NCBI GenBank assembly: GCA_020241125.1
Contig: GCA_020241125.1_4708.1
Length of the DNA stretch: 64,000 bases
Source of the DNA: a phage
Direction: 5' to 3' (one strand)
The position numbers and the translations under genes were made by a program. Each line of letters opens with the position of its first letter. The first letter of the stretch is position 1. Below the pieces are notes generated by a model. It was not told where the DNA came from. It was given only the letters and a program-made list of their open reading frames with translations, and did no database searches. Below, piece after piece: positions 28,798 to 37,133 of this stretch.

Positions 28798-30458
28798 GCG
28801 AACAAGAAAAAGAAGTCGTGACGAATCAGGAAGCCGTTGAGCGTTCAGAGTCGTCCGTTGAAACAACGATTCCGGCAAGTTCCGAGCCTGTTGGTTCCAC
28901 ACAGCAGGAAAGTAAAGACGAAGTAGTGGCTCCAGAAGCAACCCGTGAAGAAGAACCATCACATCCACCGCTGGTCGATTTCTCGAAGGCAACGATACGT
29001 TTCCAATGCGAAGACATTCGTCCTAAGAGTCCGAAGAAAACAAAACGTCAGCCGTTGGTGTTACCGCTGTATTCTCCACGTGTGCAGACAACGTATTACC
29101 GGGAATACATCAACGAAGCAATGGATACCGTGCAAGCCATTGTCGCTCAACGCGGTAAACCGACAGACGAACAATTTGATAAATTCAGTAAAGCGGTGGT
29201 GCAATCGGTTGCTGATGGACAATATCATCCGCGTGGCCCAGCTCACGATCGCGCCTTGGAACGTAAGGGCAGTCAGTGGACTAACGTACCCGTAGACTCA
29301 TCGGGTGTTGGTCGCGTTATTCCTGGCATTCCACAACCGAACCATATCCCTGATGATGTCGAAGCGCCGCTGACAGGAACCGATGCGATCTATTTTGCCA
29401 TCCGTAATACGAAATCAGGTGCGCCTGCGGTAATGCCGTTATGGCATAGCGGTATTAAGCTGCAGTTTAATCCGCCGTCAAATGAACGTGTTGCAATTAT
29501 GCACGAACGTATTGCACGCGATAAAATCCTGGGTGGACGTGATAGTACCGGTTTCCTGTTTTCAGCAACCTCGATTATCACCATGAAGCACGCTATCGAA
29601 TTAGCATTAGAATGCTGCTACATGGCCAACGTACCGAACCTGGATATCCAGCGTTTGAAAGACATTATTCCGGTTACCGATGTTCCAGCGTTATTGCTGA
29701 ACGTGCTGGTAACCATGTACCCGTACGGATATCCTTACGTACAGACCTGCTATCAGAATCCAGAAACCTGCGACTATCGTGTTGAAGATACCGTAAGCTT
29801 TGCGAAACTCTATCAAGTTGACAACAGCGCGATAACCAAACGTATGCGACAGATCATGACCGAAGGTCCGGTCATGACGGATGAACTTTTGCGTGAGTAT
29901 GCAAACGAACTGGGTGAAACAAACTCCCGTACGCTGGATCTGTCCGACAACGGTTCTGTTATCATTGAACTTGAAGTACCGAAGATTTCACGTCAGATCG
30001 CCATGGGCGAACGCTGGTTAAGCGATACCCTGGAAGATCTGCGTGATATTCTATCGCGTCCGTCAATGACCGAAGAAGAGCGTGATCGTGTTATTCGTGA
30101 ACGTCAGTTCTATAGCTGGATGCGTCAGTATGATGCGTGGATCAAATCGATGCACGTGTCAGTAAACGGTACCATGCGTCGTGTAAGCGATGCAGATACG
30201 GCAACGGTATTAGCACAGCTGTCACGAGACAGCGACCTTCGTGAACGTTATATTGACGGGTTGATGCAATTCATCGGTGATTCGACGATTGCGCTCGCAG
30301 CGATGCCTGCCTGGAAATGTCCGAAATGTAATGCCGATATTGCTGACAATCTGCGTGACCAGAAATACTACGATCTGATTGCTTTGGATGTACCCCAGCT
30401 TTTTTTTACCCTAAACTCCGTCCAATCTCTTCAGGAGGGGATGGACGCGGTATTCTAA
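28794..30458 (+). CDS. Hypothetical protein with C-terminal CxxC motif
   Basis: 554-aa ORF; acidic N-terminal tail; WKCPKCNADIADN near C-terminus. Confidence 0.55.
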   Translation: MSEQEKEVVTNQEAVERSESSVETTIPASSEPVGSTQQESKDEVVAPEATREEEPSHPPLVDFSKATIRFQCEDIRPKSPKKTKRQPLVLPLYSPRVQTTYYREYINEAMDTVQAIVAQRGKPTDEQFDKFSKAVVQSVADGQYHPRGPAHDRALERKGSQWTNVPVDSSGVGRVIPGIPQPNHIPDDVEAPLTGTDAIYFAIRNTKSGAPAVMPLWHSGIKLQFNPPSNERVAIMHERIARDKILGGRDSTGFLFSATSIITMKHAIELALECCYMANVPNLDIQRLKDIIPVTDVPALLLNVLVTMYPYGYPYVQTCYQNPETCDYRVEDTVSFAKLYQVDNSAITKRMRQIMTEGPVMTDELLREYANELGETNSRTLDLSDNGSVIIELEVPKISRQIAMGERWLSDTLEDLRDILSRPSMTEEERDRVIRERQFYSWMRQYDAWIKSMHVSVNGTMRRVSDADTATVLAQLSRDSDLRERYIDGLMQFIGDSTIALAAMPAWKCPKCNADIADNLRDQKYYDLIALDVPQLFFTLNSVQSLQEGMDAVF

Positions 30459-30520
30459 TCGATCCGCGATACGGGTTACATGACGGACAACTTGTTCGTA
30501 ATGATGAAAAAATCTGGGAA

Positions 30521-30880
30521 TTGCTATTAGCCCGTAAAGGCGACGGTGGCATGAAACTGAACATCGAAATGGGTATTGCGTACGATACCATGTTTGGCTT
30601 GTACGATCGTGTTAACGACTGGACGCCGTTGAAATGGGTTGCTCAGCATCCCGCTGAAGATCCCTGGGACAGATTGGGGATTAAACCCTTAATCGAAGAT
30701 TATGTCCGATTCGGTATTAAAGAGTTCATGACGCTGGATGCGTTTTTACAAGCACCGTATCCTTACGCGCAAACGGTACTCAAAATCGCACAAGACGAAC
30801 TGCGGAAACGTAGTGCGGTACTGGACGACGATGAGGACAAGTTACGACGAGAAGAAGAACGTTTACGAAACGGAAAATAA
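30521..30880 (+). CDS. Hypothetical small protein
   Basis: 119-aa ORF; start may be internal Met (MKLNIEMG). Confidence 0.45.
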   Translation: MLLARKGDGGMKLNIEMGIAYDTMFGLYDRVNDWTPLKWVAQHPAEDPWDRLGIKPLIEDYVRFGIKEFMTLDAFLQAPYPYAQTVLKIAQDELRKRSAVLDDDEDKLRREEERLRNGK

Positions 30881-30881
30881 A

Positions 30882-31391
30882 ATGGCGAGATTTACCAGTT
30901 TGATTGGGTTGGATATTTGGGAAACACCGGCTGACGTTCGGGTTATTCCTGTTAACACCGTCGGTGTGATGGGACGTGGTCTTGCCAAACAGGCAGCCGA
31001 TCGTGTACCCGGTCTTCTTGAAGCGTACCGTAAGCAATGTCAAGATGGGTTTAAGGTGGGCGAAGTCGTGTCGTATCAACACGGTGATAACGATCAACTC
31101 ACCTACGTGTTGTTTCCATCAAAATCGGATTGGCGTGAAAGAACACGACGCGAGTATATCGTTAACGGTTTACTGGCGTTAAAAGCATGGTTACTGGAGC
31201 TTCAGTTCGAAAGAGACGGCTTCTCATATCGGCGTCCGGCTGAACCGCTGATCGTTGCAATTCCTCCGGTTGGTTCTGGTTGCGGTAATATCGGTTACGG
31301 ACAATCCGAAACAATCCAGCCTCAGTGGGTACGCGCACAAATCAAACAGTATCTTGCCACCGTACCGAACGTTCATTTCTACTTGTTCTAA
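30882..31391 (+). CDS. Macrodomain protein (TARG1/DarG-like ADP-ribose processing fold)
   Basis: MARFTS... start immediately after stop of upstream gene; VIPVNTVGVMGRGLA, KVGEVV and IAIPPVGSGCGNIGY...W align by eye with TARG1 CISEDCRMGAGIA, KSGEVAV and MPRIGCGLDRLQW; the longer ORF-track start (30738) overlaps the upstream gene. Confidence 0.55.
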   Translation: MARFTSLIGLDIWETPADVRVIPVNTVGVMGRGLAKQAADRVPGLLEAYRKQCQDGFKVGEVVSYQHGDNDQLTYVLFPSKSDWRERTRREYIVNGLLALKAWLLELQFERDGFSYRRPAEPLIVAIPPVGSGCGNIGYGQSETIQPQWVRAQIKQYLATVPNVHFYLF

Positions 31392-31407
31392 CGCAACGGT
31401 AACATAA

Positions 31408-31439
31408 CCCTCTCCCTTCCCTGCTGGGTTGGGAGAGGG
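31408..31439. terminator. Conserved palindromic hairpin (member 8) at convergent junction
   Basis: CATAA-CCCTCTCCC-ttCCCtgctGGGtt-GGGAGAGGG-cTTATG. Confidence 0.6.
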
Positions 31440-31456
31440 CTTATGCTGTTATGCTA

Positions 31457-31831
31457 TTAATGTTCGTTCCAGATGGCATCTTCCGGTGGAACAATAGGAT
31501 CTTTCTTCGGCATTGATGGCACTTCATGGCGATGTTTACGGAACTGCCTATCAATAACCTCACGAAGCCGGTACGCATCAACCCATGTTGATTTATTGAA
31601 CAGCTCCAATGTCACAGTTAATCGTGTTCTTGACATTGAATAGCTTTTCTTTGCAATCAAATTGGGATAATTCAGTTGAGCGAACCACGCACGTATTTGT
31701 GCTTCGGTAAAAGCGATGCTGTAATAACTAAGTTTACCGTCATTAAAATCGTGCGCGTGGGTGTAACGTCCAGCGTAACGCCAGACAAGATGCACATTCA
31801 GATCGATCCATGGTGGGGTGGTATCAGCCAT
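31457..31831 (-). CDS. Hypothetical protein
   Basis: 124-aa ORF. Confidence 0.45.
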   Translation of the reverse strand: MADTTPPWIDLNVHLVWRYAGRYTHAHDFNDGKLSYYSIAFTEAQIRAWFAQLNYPNLIAKKSYSMSRTRLTVTLELFNKSTWVDAYRLREVIDRQFRKHRHEVPSMPKKDPIVPPEDAIWNEH

Positions 31832-31840
31832 GTGTTACCC

Positions 31841-32410
31841 TCAACGATTCTTCATCACTTTACCCAGGCTTTCGATATTATCCCAAAAGCGATTTTTACT
31901 TGGCGCATCGCCGACGATAACCGACATCAAATCACGACGTTCGCGACTGATGATGCCTTGTGATTTCCAGATCACCATCGTCCAGCAAGCGGCCAGAACG
32001 AACAGATGGTTAATGCTCGGTTTGGTTTGCGCGATGAACGCAAGCCATGCCCAGATACCGGTGTATACTAGCGTCACTAAAAAGAGCGAGATTGTTGCAA
32101 CGACAACAACGAAGTTTTGGACAGCGGGTTGATTAGCGTTATCATGAATAGCGGTAAGATCAGGAAGATTACCTTCAACTGAACTCGTTTCATCGATTTC
32201 CAATTCTTCGATTTCTTTTCGTGTGTCAGGAGCTAATCCAGCATCATCGAGATGCTTTTTTAACCGCTGTATGCTTAATCGTTGACCGACAGGAATGTTG
32301 ATGTTGTCGTAACTATTAAGCGCATCAACCAGGGAGCGTCCATCAACGAGAACCAAGCTCGCGGTACCCATCGTTTGCGGTTTTATTTTGTAAAGGTCTT
32401 TTACTTTCAT
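31841..32410 (-). CDS. Hypothetical protein with internal hydrophobic segments
   Basis: 189-aa ORF; hydrophobic stretch VVVATISLFLVTLVYTGIWAWLAFI. Confidence 0.5.
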   Translation of the reverse strand: MKVKDLYKIKPQTMGTASLVLVDGRSLVDALNSYDNINIPVGQRLSIQRLKKHLDDAGLAPDTRKEIEELEIDETSSVEGNLPDLTAIHDNANQPAVQNFVVVVATISLFLVTLVYTGIWAWLAFIAQTKPSINHLFVLAACWTMVIWKSQGIISRERRDLMSVIVGDAPSKNRFWDNIESLGKVMKNR

Positions 32411-32431
32411 GTAGACACCACCTCCAACGTG

Positions 32432-35044
32432 TTAAGCGTCCGGCGTAAAATCAAAAGGAATGTCCGTACGAATGATATCATAACGTTTTCCGAGGAAATA
32501 AAACTCTTCGGGAACCTGACCGGGAATAATGCTATCACCGATGAACTGCGGATACGCCCAGATGTACTGAGTGAGTCCTTCGAACATATCCAGGTTATTT
32601 GCGTGGTTACCCATGATACGTTTCCAGAGTTCGCGTTTATACGGCGTTTTAACATCGAAACCATAAAGCGGTGCAAGATCTTCACCAGGAACAAATCCCA
32701 GGTAATAGTGAATCTGACTAACCGGGAAACCAAGCGTATCTCGCGGAATGGTGATCGCTTGCTCAGCTTTGGTGACATGCGTTTCAATAATCCAGTCGTA
32801 ACACTCTGAATAGAACCGATCGAATTTCTCTGGATTATACCACGCTTTGGGAAGATTCAGTTTCTCCGTGAACGCATTCGACATGATCGTCGGTAAGAAC
32901 GGAAGAACACCGGTTTTGATCTGCGTGTATTTCGATTTTACCCGGTTAACCAAATTCCAGCAACTGTATCCTAACTGTTCGTTACAAAACTCAACGTAGA
33001 GATCGTAATCACCGCCGGATAATGGGTTGTTGATATCACCAATGTCTGCAGCGTATTTGTTGGGATATCGGTTATTGAAAGCCAGTTTGGTTTGGTAATC
33101 GTAGATACACGGTTTGTTGTTCGCTGTATTGATCCACCACCAGGGTTCACCCACCTGTACACAAATGTCCTGGACATGAGGGTAAATAATATCGGCAAAC
33201 GCGGTTAACACATCCCCTAACCACGCCATCGCCTGTTGGTTACATGGAGACAGCAACCAGGACGGTGGTGTATATCCGGTTGCTGCGATGTTTCCTTCCC
33301 AATCCTGCTGCGCCCACTCGAACGGGCAGGCTGTACTCATCAATTCGTAACTTAAACTGATGGTGACAGAGAAATGGTGTTTTGCAGCATATGCGGCGAA
33401 AGCTTCATGCCACGCGATACAGGGTGGATTTAATACATCCGTGGTGTTCACCAGTAACTTACCCGCACTTGGCGTCCAGACAGTATCGTAGAAATGCGAC
33501 ATTCCAACATAATGCACTAATTCATCTTGATACCCCGCATAAACCAGGTTCTCAAATACACGCTCTGGCGTGATGTTGTAATGGTCATCGTAAGCGGTTA
33601 TCGCACGAAGTTCGTGTGGTGTACAGTGGTGACGATTAACCGTCATTTCCTGATACACCCCATCGATAGGAAGAATCTCGAGGGTTAAACCGAGGTCGAT
33701 TGGCGTTTCCAGATAGGTCGTTTCAGTCGCACCTTCCTTATAATGTCGAGAACTCATGCTGAACATCAACGATGCTACCGATTCGAGTTCGATAGGCTCG
33801 TCAGCATAGAACCCCGCCATTGCGTCATTGAAATCGATCGTTACGATTGCGCTTCTACCGTCTTCAGAGACATCGGTGGCGTATCGGGTTAATGAGATAT
33901 ACTGACGGCTATCGTCTTTGTGTACGACGGTTAAAACCGGCGGGTTTTCGGTATCTGCAAAGTTACGCTGATCGCCAGTAAACGTGATCTTCGCTTTAAA
34001 GATCAAACCGAATAACGACGTCATGGGATCATACGCAATACAACCGTGATCCAGCGTATCCGTTGTCCGCCATTCTATCCCGACCAACCCGTTAGCGGTA
34101 TGGCATCGCATATACGCATTAAGGACCATGTCTTCACTGACAACCGCGAAGTTCTCTGTTGACTGACCGTTGATAATCCAATACATCGGTTGCCAGAGGT
34201 TACGCGTACCTTTTGCGTAGCGGTAGGTTGGTGCGCCTTTAGGGTTGCCGTTATTGAGATGGAATACGGCAGTACCTTGATAATGGTCGTTCGTATTAAT
34301 CGGAACACTGTAAGCGTCACCGAGGTCCGTACGTTCCACCTTCGTGACCGTTGCGTTTTCAAATAACCCACGCAACGCTGGTAAACCGATATCTTCAGGC
34401 GCGTTTTCTCGACGAATCGCATCCGCGATGCGATGGGCTAAGGCGGGGTAAATAGCTTCACCCTGTTGTAGGTTTGCAAGACCTACAAAGCGATCAGGGT
34501 CGATACCAGCAATCAATAACTCAACATCACCCTTCGTTCTATCGTCGTTAAGATATTTCAGTCCGGTAAGGTCAAGATGCTGAATAAGCGACAACAGGTT
34601 GTATTTACGGTTTTCAACAGTTAGTACAAGATCGCCTGCCCAAACCAAACTTCCCTCATCCGCTGTTACTTTAACGGATTGTCGGCCTGTGGTAGACGTT
34701 GTTGTCGTTTTATTTAATTGTCCTTGTAGGAAGTCGGTTGCGAGGTCAAAGGCAATACCGTAACGGTCAGCGACCGCTTGCATGATTTCACGTAACTGGG
34801 TATCTTCTTCAATGATAATCTTGACAGGTATTCCCAGGAACGCTTTAGCGAGGTCTCGTTTAACCAACGAGACGAATACGGATTTGTAGTATCGGCTTCC
34901 ATCTTTCCCTTTAAAAAGAATGGAGGTTGTTTCGGGTGCCGATAGAACACGTGCAAATTCAACATCGTCGAAAGTAAGAGAAAGTCCGTTTTTCTCGTTG
35001 GTCAATCTTAGTATTTCATTTTGCGCGGTTTCATGTAACTTCAT
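32432..35044 (-). CDS. Receptor-binding protein (tail spike/fibre) with shared N-terminal anchor domain
   Basis: 870 aa; N-terminal ~110 aa (Y..VKRDLAKAFLGIP..I....YGIAFDLATDF) homologous to N-termini of the 40698, 41384 and 46786 products. Confidence 0.55.
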   Translation of the reverse strand: MKLHETAQNEILRLTNEKNGLSLTFDDVEFARVLSAPETTSILFKGKDGSRYYKSVFVSLVKRDLAKAFLGIPVKIIIEEDTQLREIMQAVADRYGIAFDLATDFLQGQLNKTTTTSTTGRQSVKVTADEGSLVWAGDLVLTVENRKYNLLSLIQHLDLTGLKYLNDDRTKGDVELLIAGIDPDRFVGLANLQQGEAIYPALAHRIADAIRRENAPEDIGLPALRGLFENATVTKVERTDLGDAYSVPINTNDHYQGTAVFHLNNGNPKGAPTYRYAKGTRNLWQPMYWIINGQSTENFAVVSEDMVLNAYMRCHTANGLVGIEWRTTDTLDHGCIAYDPMTSLFGLIFKAKITFTGDQRNFADTENPPVLTVVHKDDSRQYISLTRYATDVSEDGRSAIVTIDFNDAMAGFYADEPIELESVASLMFSMSSRHYKEGATETTYLETPIDLGLTLEILPIDGVYQEMTVNRHHCTPHELRAITAYDDHYNITPERVFENLVYAGYQDELVHYVGMSHFYDTVWTPSAGKLLVNTTDVLNPPCIAWHEAFAAYAAKHHFSVTISLSYELMSTACPFEWAQQDWEGNIAATGYTPPSWLLSPCNQQAMAWLGDVLTAFADIIYPHVQDICVQVGEPWWWINTANNKPCIYDYQTKLAFNNRYPNKYAADIGDINNPLSGGDYDLYVEFCNEQLGYSCWNLVNRVKSKYTQIKTGVLPFLPTIMSNAFTEKLNLPKAWYNPEKFDRFYSECYDWIIETHVTKAEQAITIPRDTLGFPVSQIHYYLGFVPGEDLAPLYGFDVKTPYKRELWKRIMGNHANNLDMFEGLTQYIWAYPQFIGDSIIPGQVPEEFYFLGKRYDIIRTDIPFDFTPDA

Positions 35045-35066
35045 TAAAAACCTCAGCCCTTTAGAA

Positions 35067-35708
35067 TTAAATGTACTGCTTACCGCCCACGAAGGAAGTT
35101 AACCAGTTCCCGCTGACGAGTTGTGATACCCAGCCTGGAACGGCTCTACCATTCTGGCTCATGATGTTACCACACCAACCAGGGAATCCGGGACGGATGT
35201 AATAGAAAGTTAAATTGTAGAGATGGCAATTCCATACCGCAACGTTATGTTTACCAGAAACCGCTTTAAAGACAAACGCGACAGGTAACGGAGACGATAA
35301 CAATTCGGTCACAGGGACGGCTGACCAGTTCGCATTCGCGTTCCATGGTTGCCAGGTATGGCTGCGCGAGTCGCAATATACGTTACCGTTGTTACCGCGC
35401 CCACCCGCATTCCACCACAGCGACGGACTCATGTTCTTAAGTGAGGTAAATTGCTGCGGTGGAATATTAGGAATAATAACAGGGTTGGTACCTTGCCCAT
35501 GTTTCTTTTCTTTTGCGTTCACATACCCGCTTATCGATTCGAGGTATTTGACACCAGGATAATTATTCTGGACTTGTGTCGCAATATCACGAACATCGAA
35601 CGTCCAGCAGATCATGGTGTTGTAGTAAGCATCGGTGTTGTCGTACCATGCGTTACCATCTTGTAAACGTGCGCCACTATTCGGTGTTTTATCTGTGTTT
35701 ATAGCCAT
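35067..35708 (-). CDS. Hypothetical Trp/Asn/Gly-rich protein, paralog 1 (conserved C-terminal module)
   Basis: 213 aa; C-terminal ~45 aa (RPGFPGWCGNIMSQNGRAVPGWVSQLVSGNWLTSFVGGKQYI) nearly identical to C-terminus of 35820..36572 product. Confidence 0.55.
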   Translation of the reverse strand: MAINTDKTPNSGARLQDGNAWYDNTDAYYNTMICWTFDVRDIATQVQNNYPGVKYLESISGYVNAKEKKHGQGTNPVIIPNIPPQQFTSLKNMSPSLWWNAGGRGNNGNVYCDSRSHTWQPWNANANWSAVPVTELLSSPLPVAFVFKAVSGKHNVAVWNCHLYNLTFYYIRPGFPGWCGNIMSQNGRAVPGWVSQLVSGNWLTSFVGGKQYI

Positions 35709-35819
35709 AGTGTTGTCCTATACTGCGATGATTGAGATATCGGATGCCGGATGTGTGTTGCCATCAGGTGGTACGTACAGAAACACCCACAGATAAAACA
35801 GTAGCTTCTCTAACTTCAA

Positions 35820-36572
35820 TTAAATTGAAGTTAGATATTGTTTACCTCCAACAAACGACGTTAACCAATTACCTGAAACAAGTTGCGATGCCCAGCCAGG
35901 CACTGCCCTACCGTTCTGGCTCATCACGTTACCTGCCCATCCCGGAAAACCAGGTCGGAAAATATATACTTGAATATGTGTTAAAGCGTTATCATTACCA
36001 CCGCCAACAGCAACGTTACGACTCCCAGATGACGGGAAATATTCTTTTAAGAACAGAGGATCGGTTGCTAATAAAGATGCGGGCCAAGGGTTCGCGGATG
36101 CATCAACATCGAATTCGGTCCATCGCCATTTACGTCCCGTGTCGAACCATGTCGATGTACCACCACCCCTCACGGCAAGATTGCGCGCATCACGGACATT
36201 ATAAATTGATTCGATGTTACGCCATCCACCTTTTGCAGCGTTTGCTGCATAGCAAACCGCATTACCACCATTCTTCTTCTCGTAAACGGTTCGTTTGATA
36301 TGAACACGGTCGATGAACGCTTCACCGTATTTGTTGACGAGCGTTTGTGCGATATCACGAAGATCGTGCATGTGAAAAGCGATGTCTTCGTTATGGAACC
36401 ATGTTGTCTGGTTCCAGACGGTACCGTTTGGTTCGGCACACATCGATCGGATATTGTTGCGTTGATTAATCGCGATAAAACCCATTGTATACCTCGTTCC
36501 TATTCTCAAAAAGGAAATTTCATACGATGACGCCATAGCAGCTCCTCCTTCCCTTACGGGTTGGAGGAGCAT
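35820..36572 (-). CDS. Hypothetical Trp/Asn/Gly-rich protein, paralog 2 (conserved C-terminal module)
   Basis: 250 aa; shares C-terminal module and DVRDIAxxVxN-Y motif with 35067..35708 product. Confidence 0.55.
   Translation of the reverse strand: MLLQPVREGGAAMASSYEISFLRIGTRYTMGFIAINQRNNIRSMCAEPNGTVWNQTTWFHNEDIAFHMHDLRDIAQTLVNKYGEAFIDRVHIKRTVYEKKNGGNAVCYAANAAKGGWRNIESIYNVRDARNLAVRGGGTSTWFDTGRKWRWTEFDVDASANPWPASLLATDPLFLKEYFPSSGSRNVAVGGGNDNALTHIQVYIFRPGFPGWAGNVMSQNGRAVPGWASQLVSGNWLTSFVGGKQYLTSI
36541..36570 (-). terminator. Conserved palindromic hairpin (member 9)
   Basis: CATAGCA-GCTCCTCC-ttCCCttacGGGtt-GGAGGAGC-ATAC. Confidence 0.55.
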
Positions 36573-36578
36573 ACTTAA

Positions 36579-37085
36579 TTACTCGCTGATAACCTCAACG
36601 GAATTGGGATCAGCGATCATCGCACGGTCAGTAGAACAATTGAAGAAGACCATGCCGACACCATCGCCGTTCGAGTTCAGGGTTGAACTTACGTAAGACA
36701 GGGTTGGTTTATTCATGCGGTAGAAGCGTTCGCTGGTTGCGGTATTGAACCCCAGGTCAACGTAGTCTTTCACCGTGGTGTACAACTGTGTGGACTCGAA
36801 AACGGTTACCGGAGAGTCGACGGTAAATTGACTACCTTCGTCTACAACCAGAACTTTATCGTTCCAGATTTCAGTGGTTGAGAACTTCGGTTTCCAATGT
36901 TCGAATTCCTGGGTTGCACCCCAGCAAGAATACACAGCGAGATTGCTGTTCTTCTCAACAGGTTTCAACCCCACCAGTTGTGTCAGGTCTTTATCCAGGT
37001 TCGGTAAGCCTTCCAGCGTAGCACACCCACCCAGAGAAAGTACCATCAACATACCAAGAACGATCGCACAAAGTTTCTTCATCAT
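36579..37085 (-). CDS. Putative lipoprotein
   Basis: 168 aa; N-terminus MMKKLCAIVLGMLMVLSLGGC is a classic signal peptide with lipobox (LGGC). Confidence 0.6.
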   Translation of the reverse strand: MMKKLCAIVLGMLMVLSLGGCATLEGLPNLDKDLTQLVGLKPVEKNSNLAVYSCWGATQEFEHWKPKFSTTEIWNDKVLVVDEGSQFTVDSPVTVFESTQLYTTVKDYVDLGFNTATSERFYRMNKPTLSYVSSTLNSNGDGVGMVFFNCSTDRAMIADPNSVEVISE

Positions 37086-37133
37086 TAGATTTCCTTATGT
37101 GTTAACGGAAGTGACTTCCATAAGGATTGATGA

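Noticed and set aside
30738-31391. Longer 217-aa version of the macrodomain ORF
   Set aside because: The extended N-terminus overlaps the upstream gene (30521..30880) in another frame; the ATG at 30882 directly follows the upstream stop and yields a typical macrodomain length
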